Notes: generated by a model not told the origin, from the sequence alone. DNA of 64,000 nucleotides from Eledone cirrhosa (GCA_964016885.1 OZ024740.1:144150001-144214000); one strand, 5' to 3'; counted from the stretch's first letter, positions 11,011-25,236 are shown. A program made the numbers and translations.

Positions 11011-11297
11011 TATATATATATCTTCCTATCTTCGATTAGCTTTCCCCTGTGTTGTTTACTTGTCTCACTCGCTTTACGCGTTTTAATTGTCCTAATAACT
11101 TATTTTAGTTATTATTGCACCAACGTGAGGTATATGATTTTTAATGCAATGAAATACCAATGACCGTTGGCAAATCACTGATGAGGGACTCATTTTATAA
11201 CATGTTATCCATGTACAACCAGCAGTATTCTTCTCCCCATATTTTTCATATATATATATATACACACATATATATATACACACATATATATATATAT

Positions 11298-11368
<71 letters not shown>

Positions 11369-11399
11369 TATATATATATACACATATATATATATATCT

Positions 11400-14300
11400 C
11401 TATCTAAGGCGGGTAAAATTCCCGAGATCCATGGACGAGTTCTCTCCAGCGGTCTCTGTCCCTCATTATCGCTGCCATATCCTGCATCTCCAACAGACCA
11501 GTGTCTGTCCTTAGGGCATCAACATATGTTAACCTTGGTCTTCCTCTTCTAGTGTGTCCATGTAGGGGCTCCCAAAGGACCACTGAGTGCAATGTCAACT
11601 CTGGATGTCGGTGAGCATGTCCAGCCAACCTCAGTCTTCTCTGTGTCACTTTTGAGCTGACTTTTGGGATGCTCCCATACAGCTCTGAGTTTTTCATCCT
11701 CAGTGTATACTGATTAATGTTCAGAGCCATCCTCAGCATTCTCGTGTAGCACCCATCCACCATCTGAGTGAGTCTCTTGGTCAGTGTCCAAGTCTCAGAC
11801 CCATACAGCAGCACAGACTCCACTACAGCAATGAAGAGGCGGATTTTCAGGTCTCTACGAAGGTCCGACTTCCACACCGATCTCAAGCTGTGACACGCTG
11901 CCCAGGCCTTGCTCTTCCTCTCAACCACATCATCTTCCGTATTCCCAATCTTTGCTCCCAAATACAGGAAGTCCTCAACCAATTCCAGCGGCTTCCCGCC
12001 TACATTAGTGATCCCCTCTGGCTTCTCAATATTCTCTACCAGATATTTTGTTTTAGTCTCATTCATTCTCAGCCCCACACTCATCGACACAGTCTCAACC
12101 TCCCGCATCAAATCCTCTGCCTCCTTCACTGTATTTGTCACCAAAACTATGTCGTCGGCAAATTCAGCATCCGATACCTTTTTCGCCCCAACTCTCCTGC
12201 TCTGAGCCGGTGCTACAGTAAAGCCAGAGTCCTGGTGTTTCTCCAGTGCAAGGCGCATACAATAGTCCACTACGATGATAAAAAGGTAGGGAGCCAATGT
12301 ATCTCCCTGGAACACTCCAGCCAGTATCTCAAAGAACTCTGTCATCCCATCAGGTGTAATGACTTGGGTTTTGGTGTTGGTGTAGAGCAGTGATATCAGG
12401 TCCACTATCCTCTTGGGGATTCCATAAGCATGTAAGATCTTCATCAGGCAGTAACGGTCCACAGAATCAAAGGCCTTCCTAAAGTCAATGAAAACCATGA
12501 CCGCAGAAAGGCACTTTGCTCTAGCTCCCTCTAATATCCTCCTCAGCATCAGGATGTGACTGGTGGTTGATCTACCCTCTCTGAAGCTGTTCTGGTTGTC
12601 CCTGAGCTTCTTCTCCATCTCAGGCTGGATCCTGTTAAGAATCATCCTGTTGAGGGTCTTTGCCACAAGTGACGTCAGTGAGATCCCCCGGTAGTTGTTG
12701 GTGTTAGAGAGATCTCCCTTCTTTGGCACTGGGACGATGTTACTGATCCTCCACTGATTCGGGGCAACTCCTTTCTCCAGTGCCACGTTACAGAACCCCA
12801 GGATGATATCATCAAAATCACACCTCTTCATCACCTCTGATGCCACTCCATCCTCTCCATGAGCCTTGCCCTCCTTGATCTTCTTCTTGGCTCTCTGAAG
12901 CTCCTCTCTGGTGAAGGGCTCTGTCTCAACATCCAGTTCCTCAAACAGCCGCCTGATCTCCCCAGTGCTCTGGGCTGTGGAGGGTGGCTCTCCTAGTAGG
13001 GTCCTAAAATGGTCTAGCCATTTCCTCTTCCTATCCTCGGGCCCCGTTCCCTGGATCTGACTCGAACACCTTTTCTTCCTCCCTGTGATCTCGTTGATGA
13101 TCATCCAGCTCTCCTTACATCCAGATCTGTCAACCGCTCTCTCCACACTTCTGATCTTCTCTATCAGTGCCTCCTCTCTGACCTCAGTGTAAGCGGTACA
13201 GAGCTCTTCCCTCATCACCTCCACAGTCTCCATCCTCTCCTCCGTAGGATCAGCATAGAATTGGTCCCTGGCAGCTTTCAGGTGTTCTCTGGCTGCACAC
13301 ACTTTTGGGTTTGCAGAGCTGACGTGCTTCCCTTTGTTCTTTTTCCTCGGCACCAGGGTTTCACTTGCTTTCGCCACTGCATTGGTGAAGTGCCCGTACC
13401 TCCTCGTCACACTCTCCTCAGTCCATCCAATCTCTCTCTCCTCTGACTCTCCACACAGAGCACTAAACCTGTTTCTCACTTCCACTGTGAACCTCTCCTG
13501 TAGCTTATCATCTTCCTTGAAAGCTCCCCAGTCATAGATTGTTCTCCGGGGCTGAGCCTTGCTCTTTCTTAAGCTCACGCGGCCCTCACTCATAACAAGC
13601 CGGTGGTCACTACCCAGTGTACTGAAATAGCTGTATGGTTCCGTGTTCAGAACACTATTCCGCCACTTTTTCCTCACCAGAATGAAATCAATCTGGGACT
13701 TGGACAGGTGCATATCTGAGATGTAGGTCCACATCTTCCCCAGATTCTTCCTAAACCTTAGGTTGGTCGCCATCAAGTTCGCCTCCAGCAGGGTGTCTCT
13801 CAGTAGTCTTCCATTTCGGTTGGTGTTGTTATGGAAGTACCAGCAAGGATCTTCACTGCCCTCCTTACTCAGATGTGCATTGAAGTCCCCCAAAACAAGC
13901 AGGATATTGTGTGCCTGAGTGGTGTTGACAGCTCTACACACCTCCTCATGGAACTCCTCGGCATTCACATCACTGTCCCCCTCGGTTGGACTATAGGCTG
14001 AGATGACTGTCAGTCTTGGGTTTCCATTGAAGGTCACCCTCAACACTCGCGGGGAGATAGGCATTATTTCCCTCACCAACAGATTGGTTTTTGCACTGAA
14101 CACAAAACCCACTCCTCCTACTGCAGCGTTTGTTGTGTTCTTCACTGCCGATGTAGTGATGAGCTGGCTCTTCCTCCCGATCATCACACTCCTCACGGGC
14201 TCATCGTGTAGAATCCTGTGTTCTTGGATCGCAAGTATCTGTATACCACTCTCCTCGAACAGATGTCCCAACTCCTCTCTCTTCTCCAGCGTTCGAATAG

Positions 14301-14707
14301 TCCTCACATTCAAAGTGCCCATTTTGATGGCTCTTCTGCAGGACAAAACTGCATTCTTTATATTTGTCTCAGAGACAGCTGATCCATCATCCACTGGCCC
14401 TCTCTGTGGCTCTAAGCCAGCAGAGTCATAACGACCAGGCTGATCCTTGACAGTGTAATTAGGGGCTCTAACCCTAGTGCTGTTAGATCGACTCTCCATA
14501 TTTCTTTTCAATGGCTGACAATACCTTACCGGCGCCACTCGAGTAAGGTAGTTATTTAACCCATAACTGGAGCCCTAACAGGTACTACCACCCCGGGCCA
14601 GGGCAGACCTGGGAGTCATGACAACTAAGGGGTAACTCCACATTCCCCACATCTCCTGAACTCCCGAACTGGAGCCTGGCCACTGGATGTAGTTTAATGT
14701 CATACCC

Positions 14708-14712
<5 letters not shown>
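11400..14712 (-). mobile_element. Full-length RTE-type LINE (no PHD) inserted in a TA/CA microsatellite
   Basis: GC-richer block sharply bounded by microsatellites on both sides. About 210-nt structured 5'UTR, a single long ORF, and almost no 3'UTR. Confidence 0.92.
11404..14499 (-). CDS. Intact APE endonuclease-reverse transcriptase (ATG at 14499, 1031 aa; reading frame open from 14538)
   Basis: APE motifs [42 protein letters not shown] motifs [37 protein letters not shown]-type C-terminus [11 protein letters not shown]. No stops. Confidence 0.95.
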   Translation of the reverse strand: MESRSNSTRVRAPNYTVKDQPGRYDSAGLEPQRGPVDDGSAVSETNIKNAVLSCRRAIKMGTLNVRTIRTLEKREELGHLFEESGIQILAIQEHRILHDEPVRSVMIGRKSQLITTSAVKNTTNAAVGGVGFVFSAKTNLLVREIMPISPRVLRVTFNGNPRLTVISAYSPTEGDSDVNAEEFHEEVCRAVNTTQAHNILLVLGDFNAHLSKEGSEDPCWYFHNNTNRNGRLLRDTLLEANLMATNLRFRKNLGKMWTYISDMHLSKSQIDFILVRKKWRNSVLNTEPYSYFSTLGSDHRLVMSEGRVSLRKSKAQPRRTIYDWGAFKEDDKLQERFTVEVRNRFSALCGESEEREIGWTEESVTRRYGHFTNAVAKASETLVPRKKNKGKHVSSANPKVCAAREHLKAARDQFYADPTEERMETVEVMREELCTAYTEVREEALIEKIRSVERAVDRSGCKESWMIINEITGRKKRCSSQIQGTGPEDRKRKWLDHFRTLLGEPPSTAQSTGEIRRLFEELDVETEPFTREELQRAKKKIKEGKAHGEDGVASEVMKRCDFDDIILGFCNVALEKGVAPNQWRISNIVPVPKKGDLSNTNNYRGISLTSLVAKTLNRMILNRIQPEMEKKLRDNQNSFREGRSTTSHILMLRRILEGARAKCLSAVMVFIDFRKAFDSVDRYCLMKILHAYGIPKRIVDLISLLYTNTKTQVITPDGMTEFFEILAGVFQGDTLAPYLFIIVVDYCMRLALEKHQDSGFTVAPAQSRRVGAKKVSDAEFADDIVLVTNTVKEAEDLMREVETVSMSVGLRMNETKTKYLVENIEKPEGITNVGGKPLELVEDFLYLGAKIGNTEDDVVERKSKAWAACHSLRSVWKSDLRRDLKIRLFIAVVESVLLYGSETWTLTKRLTQMVDGCYTRMLRMALNINQYTLRMKNSELYGSIPKVSSKVTQRRLRLAGHAHRHPELTLHSVVLWEPLHGHTRRGRPRLTYVDALRTDTGLLEMQDMAAIMRDRDRWRELVHGSREFYPP

Positions 14713-16044
<1,332 letters not shown>

Positions 16045-16386
16045 GGAGGCATATGGCTTAGTGGTTAGAGCATTGGCCTTGCAATCGAAAGGATGTGAGT
16101 TCAATTCTCAGACCGGGTGATGTGTTGTTTCCTTGAGCAAGACACTTTATTTCACATTGCTCCAGTTTACTCAGCTGTAGAAATGAGATGATAAGGACTG
16201 GGGTCCCTATCATTCCACTGCAAAGTGGACGTGTAGGCGCCACGGCAAAAAAGCACCCAGCACTCACTGTAAATGAGGTTGGTGTTAGGAGGAGCATCCA
16301 GCTGTAGAAATCAAGCCAGAATCAATTCCGGTCCCACCCTTGCAAGCAAGGAAAAAGTGGACGTAAAGTGAAATGATGATGAAGAT
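16045..16386 (+). mobile_element. tRNA-derived RTE-tailed SINE (same family as 1096-1439)
   Basis: Near-identical to 1096-1439. Confidence 0.9.
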
Positions 16387-16388
16387 AT

Positions 16389-16435
<47 letters not shown>

Positions 16436-16519
16436 TACACACGCATATATATATATATATACACATATATATACACGCATATATATATATATATATACAC
16501 ATATATATATATATACACA

Positions 16520-16565
<46 letters not shown>

Positions 16566-16566
16566 T

Positions 16567-19500
16567 AGCCACCAAACGCAATCCAAAACTTCAGAGTTGG
16601 TACCATAAATGTAGGCACCCTAAAGGGTCGCGCTAACGAGGTTGTAGAAATGCTTGAACGTAAGGAGGTCGATGTTTGTTGTATTCAAGAGACCAGGTGG
16701 AGGGGTGGGTCTGCTAGATTCATTGAGGGTAAAAAACGATGTTATAAGCTTTTCTGGGTGGGAAACGACGATGGGCTGGGTGGAGTAGGAATCATGGTAG
16801 CAGAAAAGTGGGCAGATAAGATAATAGACGTAAATAGAGTGAACGACAGAATAATTAAAATACGACTTGTCCTCAATAGAACTACGGCGACAGTAATTTC
16901 TGCGTACGCACCCCAATCCGGACTGCCCGGCACTATAAAAGACAGATTCTATGAGACACTGTTGCTAACTACCTCCCAAATATCTGACAGTGACTATATA
17001 ATTATTGCAGGCGACCTAAATGGTCACGTTGGACAACATTGTGACGGCTACGACGAAATCCATGGAGGCTATGGGTTTGGTACTAGAAATGAGGAAGGCT
17101 CCAGAATCCTGGAATTCTGTGATGCAAATAACCTAACTATCTGTAACACTAACTTCAAAAAACGTGACAATCACCTGATCACCTATAGATCCGGGGAACA
17201 CACAAGCCAGGTAGATTATATCCTTACCAGAAGACGTGACAGAGTGTCTGTTGTAAACACTAAATCCCTCCCCCATGAAGAATGCACCTCCCAACATAGA
17301 CTGATAATTAGCGACCTCATAGTCAGGACGAGACGTACTCGACAGCAGAAGAGGACTATCCTCAGGAGAAAAATATGGAAGCATATTACTTGATGCTTTT
17401 GACAGTAAGGAAGAACATTTAGAGTCGGACAATATAGAGGGAGAGTGGGAATTTCTGAAAGCAAACCTGCTGTTGGCGACAGACGAAGTCTGTGGCTGGA
17501 GCAGGCCTGTAGGCAGGAGGAGAGTAACATGGTGGTGGAACAGTAAGGTGGAGGGGTCAATTAAGGCCAAAAAGCAGGCTTGGAAAGTATGGCGGGATGG
17601 GGGAAGTAGAGAAGACTATCAAGTGGCCAGGAGGGAAGCTAGGAGAGAAGTGTACTTAGCAAGAAGGGAAGCTGAGGAAAGAAAGTTCAAGCATGTTCTA
17701 CAACGCGATGACCAAAAACGTGAGGTGTTCAGGATTGCTGGGCAATGCGTCAAGGAAAACCGTGATATTGTCGGGGAGAAGTGTGTACTTAACGATGATG
17801 GCATACTTGCCATCACCGACACTGATAAGAAGGTAGCTTGGAAGTGTCACTATGAAAGGCTACTAAATGAGGAGAAAGACAGTCTCCCCCATATCGACCC
17901 AATAGAGGGACCAGCAGTGTTAGTCGAGGGGAGTATAATAAGTAAGGCAATCAAGGATATGAAGACGGGTAAGGCGGCTGGGCCTTCAGAAATAGTTGCT
18001 GAGATGCTGAAGGCATCTGGCACGGTGGGACACACCATGGTCACCCGCATAGTTAACCAAGTCGTACAGAATGGGGTTGTTCCGAAGGACTGGCATAGCA
18101 GCATCATTGTTAACTGTTATAAGGGTAAAGGAGACGCCCTAGATAGGAGTAACTATAGAGGCATTAAATTAATCGACCAGGTCATGAAGGTCACGGAAAA
18201 AGTAATAGCGCAACTAATCAGAGAGAGAATTGACCTAGATGAAATGCAGTTCGGGTTTGTGTCAGGCAAAAGTACCACAGACGCTCTTTTCATAGTACGA
18301 CAACTACAGGAGAAGTACCTAGCTAAAGGTAAACCCCTCTACTTAGCTTTTGTCGACTTGGAGAAAGCCTTCGACAGAGTCCCCCGCTCCATTATCTGGT
18401 GGGCTCTTAGAAAACTAGGCGTTGACGAATGACTTGTGAGGGCTATACAAGCCATGTATAAAGAAACAGTCAGCAAGGTTAGAATTAACAACGAATATAG
18501 TGAAGAGTTTAGCGTAAAAGTTGGCGTCCATCAGGGCTCTGTTCTCAGCCCCCTACTATTTATTATTGCCCTTCAGGCTATAACAGAGGAGTTCAAGACA
18601 GGCTGCCCATGGGAACTCCTATACGCAGACGACCTGACACTCATAGCGGAATCAATGGCCGAGCTAGAGAAGAAATTCCAAACATGGAAGCACGGCCTAG
18701 AGTCAAAAGGACTTAAAATTAACCTGGCTAAGACCAAAGTTCTAGTTTGTAGGAAAGAAAACAAGGCGGCAGTCCCTTCTGGGAAATGGTCGTGCTCGGT
18801 GTGTAGGAAAGGCGTAGGTAGAAACTCCATTTTATGTCCTAAATGCAAAGTATGGGTGCATAAAAGATGTAGTGGGATCACAGGTAAGCTAACTAAGAAC
18901 ATAGATTTTACATGTGGCCGGTGTTCTGGTGCAATAAGTAGCAGCAAGTGCCCACAAAATACTAGCTCTTTCAATTGCGCAGAGGGTTCTATAGAAATAG
19001 TGGACAGCTTCCGTTACCTGGGCGATAAAATCAGCAGTGGGGGAGGGTGCTCTGAAAGTACTGTAGCTAGAGTCAGAACTGGTTGGAAAAAGTTCAGAGA
19101 GCTTATACCACTATTAGCTGCTAAAGGGTTCTCCCTAAAAATGAAAGGCAGGTTGTACGATGCCTGCATACGAACAGCAATGTTGCATGGCAGTGAGACC
19201 TGGGCATTGTGTGCAGAGGATATACGCAGACTAGAGAGGAACGAAGCTTGCATGCTCCGCTGGATGTGTAACAGTAATATACGTGAACGGCAAAGCATAA
19301 ACGAACTAAGGAAAAAATTAGAAATAAGAGGGATCAGATGTTGTTTACTCGAGAGAAGGCTACGTTGGTATGGACACGTGATGCGCATGAAAGTCGATAG
19401 CTGTATAACAAAGTGCAGGGCTATAAAGATAGACGGTAGTCACGGAATAGGCAGACCTAGAAAAACCTGGGACGAGCTGATAAACTCCGACATCACACAC

Positions 19501-19950
19501 TTACACCTCTCCAAGACAATGTCACTGGACCGAGACCTTTGGCGGTACTCAGTAACAGAGAAGACCCGCCTTACCTAAATATATAGTAAAACCTACTCCA
19601 GCCAGTAGGCATCTCTAACAAAATACACCCCGTCCCACCACCCCCACCCCATCCACACCACCCCATTCTATGTAAAGTTATGTTGGTGCCACGCCATCCA
19701 GGCCGAAACAAATGAGATCGTGTAGGTGTCACGACAAAAAAACACACAGTCCACGCTGTAATGTGGCCGTGTAGGCAACACGGTAAAAACCTCCCAGACC
19801 CACACTGTAAATGTGGTTGGTGTTAGGAAGGGCATCCAACTGTAGAAAACCTGCCAGACAGTCCTATGCGAGCAAGACAATCACTCTTGCCTCAAGTGGG
19901 ACTACCCCCGTCCAAACCCATGCAAGCGTGGAACACGGACGTTAAACGTT
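16567..19950 (+). mobile_element. Near full-length but disabled RTE LINE with PHD finger in the RT
   Basis: APE ORF 16650-17393, then a frameshifting deletion near 17380 relative to the copy at ~6770. RT ORFs 17473-18432 and 18436-19578 are in the same frame, split by TGA at a Trp position (EWLV). YADD motif. PHD at 18793-18924. RTE-type tail to ~19950. Confidence 0.93.
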
Positions 19951-20188
19951 GAGAGAGAGAGAGAGAATATATATATACATATATATATACCAACAACTGC
20001 CACCACCATCACTGACCATCCACCACCACCACGCTGATACCATCCACCACCGCCATTACCAGCGTAAAGCAAACAATTATTATCGTTATTATTATTATAT
20101 ACAAGCTGAACTGGACTGGGAAAGGTCAACAGTTGACATGATAGTGATTTTGATTTTGATTTTGTATCAGTACTGTCGGTAATATATG

Positions 20189-20533
20189 TCATCATCATCA
20201 TCATTTCATTTTACGTCCACTTTTCCCTGCTTGCAAGGGTGGGACGGGAACTGATTCTGGCTTTATTTCTACAGCTGGATGCCCTTCCTAACACCAACCT
20301 CATTTACAGTGAGTGCTGGGTGCTTTTTTTTGCCGTGGCACCTCCACGACCACTTTGCAGTGGAATGATAGTGACCCCAGTCCCTATCATCTCATTTCTA
20401 CAGCTGAGTAAACTGGAGCAATGTGAAATAAAGTGCCTTGCTCAAGGAAACAACACATCACCCGGTCTGAGAATTGAACTCACAACCTTTCGATTGCAAG
20501 GCCAATGCTCTAACCACTAAGCCATGTGCCTCC
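20189..20533 (-). mobile_element. tRNA-derived RTE-tailed SINE, inverted copy
   Basis: Reverse complement of the 1096-1439 family. Confidence 0.9.
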
Positions 20534-20644
20534 ATGTATATATATATATGTGTTTGAGAGTGGTGTGTGTGATTGTATGCATGAATGAGTGTTGGTATGT
20601 GTGGTTGTGGTTTGTATGCATGAGTATTGGTGTGTGAGTCGTGT

Positions 20645-23600
20645 CAATAAGTTTTTTTTTAATTTTTTTTATGACCATGCTGTAAAACGGAGGGGTAGAG
20701 GGCCCTTGAGTCTAGTAAGACATCCTCTCTAGTGCTGGTGGCACAAATAAAAGCACCCAGTCCATGCTGTAAAGTGGCGCTGGTGTTAGGAAGGGCATCC
20801 AACCAGTGTATCAATGCCAAAAAGCTTATCAGCACAGCAACAAAACAGCATAGGAAAATATGAAGACGTCGCATCTCAGAGTTGCAACACTTAATGTTGG
20901 CACTCTCAGAGGTAGATCTGCTGAAATAGCGGAGATGCTGGAGAGAAGGCAGGTGGATGTGTGCTGCGTGCAAGAGGTGAGATGGAGAGGTGCCTCTGCG
21001 AGACTAGTCGTAGGCAAGCGTCTTAGCTATAAGCTATTCTGGGTAGGTAAGGATGATGGGTTAGGGGGAGTAGGCATTTTCCTGGCTGAGAAATGGATCA
21101 ATAAGACAATAGAGGTAGTTCGAGTTAGTAATCGAATAAGTAAGCTTAGATTAGTTGTAGGTAGGAGACTACTGACAATCATCTCGGTCTATGCTCCCCA
21201 AGCAGGCCTAGGCAAAGATGAGAAAGACTGCTTTTATGAGCAACTTTTGCAAACTACCACAATCACAGAGGACGGAGACATCGTTATGCTAGCAGGAGAC
21301 TTCAATGGTCATGTTGGACAGCTCCAGGATGGTTACACTGGGGTACATGGTGGGCACGGTTACGGTTCAAGAAATGAAGAAGGAGTGAGACTTCTTGAAT
21401 TTTGTGATGCGAGTACATTGACTATTTGCAACACAAACTTCCAGAAACCTGCCAATCACCTAATAACCTACAAATCTGGTGAGCACATAAGCCAAATTGA
21501 CTTCCTGCTAGTTAGGCAGCGGGACAGGCAGATAGTGTCTAATACCAAGGCATACCCTGGGGAAGAATGTACCCCACAGCATAGGTTAGTTGTTAGTGAT
21601 ATCTCAGTAAGCAAGAGATGGAATGAGACATATAGGAAGGTGTGGAGAAGAAAGGTCTGGAAGCTAAAAGACCTTTCACTAAAATACAAATTTAGGAAAG
21701 CCCTTCAAGATGTATATGACGAAAAAGAAGACGATTTAGAGACGTATGACATAGATAATAACTGGAAGTTCTTACGTGACAACTTGCTGCAGGCTACTGA
21801 TGAAACCTGTGGCTGGAGCAGAGCTCCAACCAGACAGAGAGTGACCTAGTGGTGGAACAGCACAGTAGATAAGGCTATTAGAGACAAAAGACTAGCATGG
21901 AAGGCTTGGAAAAAGGGTGGGAGTAGGGAAGAATATACAGCCACTAAGAGAGAAGCTAGACGTCAGGTGTACTTAGCACGCAGAGAGGCAGGGAGTAGGA
22001 GGTTTGCCAATGTTCTGCGACGGGAAGATCAGAGGCGTGCGGTGTTCCACATTGCAAGGCAGTGTGTCAATGCAAATCAGGATGTTGTTGGAGATAAATG
22101 TGTCCGGGATGATGCCGGTGTACTTAGTGTCACGAATGACCAGAAAAAGGAGGCCTGGAAATGTCATTATGAGAGACTGATGAATGTGGAGAACGAATGG
22201 GAGAGAGAGAAATTACCCTTGGTAGATCCGACAGAGGGACCAGCTATTGAGATTGACGAATATAGGGTCCAAGAGGCGATTAGGGAAATGAAAAACGGTA
22301 AGGCGGCCGAACCATCGGGAATAGTTGCTGAGATGCTGAAGGCATCAGGGGACGTAGGCACTAAACTGGTTGCACGCATCATCAATCAGGCTATATATGG
22401 TGGTGTCATACCCAAAGACTGGTGCAGCAGTATTCTCATAAATTGCTACAAAGGTAAAGGGGATGCTTTGGAGAGGAGCAATTATAAGGGTATAAAACTG
22501 ATAGATCAGGTTATGAAAGTGGCAGAAAGGATTTTAGCACAACTAATTAGAGAAAGGGTCAAACTAGATGAGATGCAGTTTGGTTTTGTGCCTGGGAAGA
22601 GTACAACAGATGCCCTCTTCTTGGTGAGACAAATGCAAGAGAGGTTCTTAGAGAAGAATAAGCCACTATACTTAGCCTTTGTTGACCTAGAGAAGGCCTT
22701 TGATAGGGTACCCCGATCTGTCATCTGGTGGTCCCTAAGGAAGCTGGGTGTTGAGGAATGGCTTGTAAGGACAGTGCAAACTTTGTACAGAGGTACTCTC
22801 AGTAAAGTCAGGGTAGGAATGGAGTTTAGTGAGGAATTCCAGATACAAGTAGGAGTACATCAGGGTTCGGTCCTCAGCCCGCTCTTGTTCATTATAGTCC
22901 TCCAAGCCATAACAGAGGAGTTTAAGACTGGCTGTCCATGGGAACTTCTCTATGCTGACGATCTGGCTCTTATGGCAGAATCAGTAGAGGAGCTAGAGAA
23001 TAAATTCCGGCTATGGAAACAGCAGTTGGAAGCAAGAGGACTGAGAGTAAATCTAGCTAAGACAAAAGTGTTGATGAGTAGAAAAGAGGACAAAACCCTG
23101 ATTCCGTCAGGGAAATGGCCATGTTCGATATGCAGAAAAGGAACTGGCATAAATTCTATAAAATGCACACAATGTAGGTCCTGGGTACACAAGAGATGTA
23201 GCGGGATAGCAGGCAAACTAACAGGTAGGGAGAAATATGTATGCAGTAGATGTACAGGGAAATTAGACAGTAGAAGTCGCACTGATAGACACATTTTTCA
23301 AATGCGAGAGGGCGCTATAGAAGTGGTGGATAGCTTCCGGTACCTAGGAGATCAGATTAGCATGGGAGGAGGGTGTTCCGAGGCCATAGTATCTAGAATA
23401 AGGACGGGTTGGAAGAAGTTTAGGGAGCTGCTTCCTCTGTTGACGAAGAAGGGTTTCTCCCTGAGTACGAAAGGCCGGTTGTATGATGCCTGTGTGAGGA
23501 GCGCGATGCTGCATGGTAGTGAGACATGGGCAGCTACCGCAGAAGATATGCGACGGCTGGAGAGAAATGAGGCAAGCATGCTCCGTTGGATGTGCAGTGT

Positions 23601-23929
23601 AAATGTGCGTGAACGACCCAGCATAAATGTGTTGAGAGAGAAACTGTGTCTGAGAGGGATAGAATGTAGTGTACGGGAGAGGAGACTGAGGTGGTATGGA
23701 CATGTGATGCGCATGGAGGATGACCGATGGGTGAAGAAGTGCCAGGAAATGCCAGTTGAAGGAAGACGTGGTAGAGGTAGACCACGAAAAACATGGGCGG
23801 AGGTGGTGAGAACAGACCTCAGATCATTGAAGCTCACGGTGGAGATGACGAGGGACCGTGACGAGTGGAGAGATGCTGTGCTGAATAAGACCCGTCCCAC
23901 CCTTGCAAGCAGGGAAAAGCGGACGTAAA

Positions 23930-23960
<31 letters not shown>
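20645..23960 (+). mobile_element. Full-length RTE LINE (PHD family) with 5'UTR and (TGA)n tail
   Basis: 5'UTR motif tggtgttaggaagggcatcca at 20781-20801, ORF from ATG 20860 to TAA 23928, then (TGA)n tail. The 5' boundary is approximate. Confidence 0.93.
20860..23928 (+). pseudogene. APE-RT(PHD) ORF of 1022 codons interrupted by one in-frame TAG (21847-21849)
   Basis: ORFs 20860-21849 and 21967-23928 share a frame, with no other stop between them. The paralog has VTWWWN where this copy has VT*WWN. Motifs ATLNVGT, CCVQEVR, GDFNGH, QIDFLL, QFGF, FVDLEKAFD, QGSVLSP, YADD, FRYLG. Confidence 0.9.
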
Positions 23961-23961
<1 letters not shown>

Positions 23962-23964
23962 ATC

Positions 23965-24776
23965 ATTATATATCATATAATATATATACACATATATCAT
24001 ATAATATATATACATATATCATATAATATATATATATGATATAATATATATATACATATATATCATATAATATATATATATACATATATATCATATAATA
24101 TATATATATACATATATATCATATAATATATATATATACATATATATCATATAATATATATATATACATATATATCATATAATATATATATATACATATA
24201 TATCATATAATATATATATATACATATATATCATATAATATATATATATACATATATATCATATAATATATATATATACATATATATCATATAATATATA
24301 TATATACATATATATCATATAATATATATATATACATATATATATATACATATATATCATATAATATATATATATACATATATATCATATAATATATATA
24401 TATACATATATATCATATAATATATATATATACATATATATCATATAATATATATATATATATACATATATATCATATAATATATATATATACATATATA
24501 TCATATAATATATATATACATATATATCATATAATATATATATACATATATATCATATAATATATATATACATATATATCATATAATATATATATACATA
24601 TATATATCATATAATATATATATACATATATATCATATAATATATATATACATATATATTATATAATATATATATACATATATATCATATAATATATATA
24701 TACATATATATCATATAATATATATATACATATATATCATATAATATATATATACATATATTATAATATATATATA

Positions 24777-24808
<32 letters not shown>

Positions 24809-24810
24809 AC
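23965..24810. repeat. ~27-31-bp AT-rich minisatellite (tatcatataatatatatatatacatata)n
   Basis: Direct inspection. Confidence 0.95.
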
Positions 24811-24838
24811 ATCAATATTTATTTATAAAACAAATCTG

Positions 24839-24899
24839 TATTTTATCTGATGAAAGTGCACCATAATTTGGTTGCTCTTGAAATATATATAATAAAATA
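24839..24899 (+). ncRNA. Type-I hammerhead ribozyme (same helix-I family as 1605-1675)
   Basis: TATTTTAT-CTGATGA-AAGtGCACCA(taatt)TGGtTGCtCTT-GAAA-T(atat)A-TA^ATAAAATA. 8-bp helix I, intact core at 24847-24853 and 24880-24883, AUA triplet at 24889-24891. Confidence 0.8.
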
Positions 24900-25195
24900 A
24901 ATATAATTTCCATTTATTAATATATTGAAATATATATAAAAAAATAAATATGGTTTTATAAATAGTTTCCATTTATTAATATATTGTGTATCATAATATA
25001 TATATATATATATATATCATGTAATATATATACATATATATCACTCTTGCCTCAAGTGGGACTACCCCCGTCCAAACCCATGCAAGCGTGGAACACGGAC
25101 GTTAAACGTTGATGATGATGATGATATATCATACAATATATATATACATATATATATATCATATAATATATATACATATAATATATAGACATATC

Positions 25196-25236
<41 letters not shown>

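Noticed and set aside
11175-11215. CTGATGAGG as another hammerhead
   Set aside because: No downstream GAAA/UH or closing helices.
11890-14431. Plus-strand ORFs overlapping the intact LINE, and minus-strand ORFs over the PHD-RTE copies
   Set aside because: Antisense shadows of RT coding sequence with no independent motifs.
14500-14538. GTG start at 14538 for the LINE protein
   Set aside because: The ORF track allows non-ATG starts. The GTG lies in a hairpin loop and the first in-frame ATG is at 14499.
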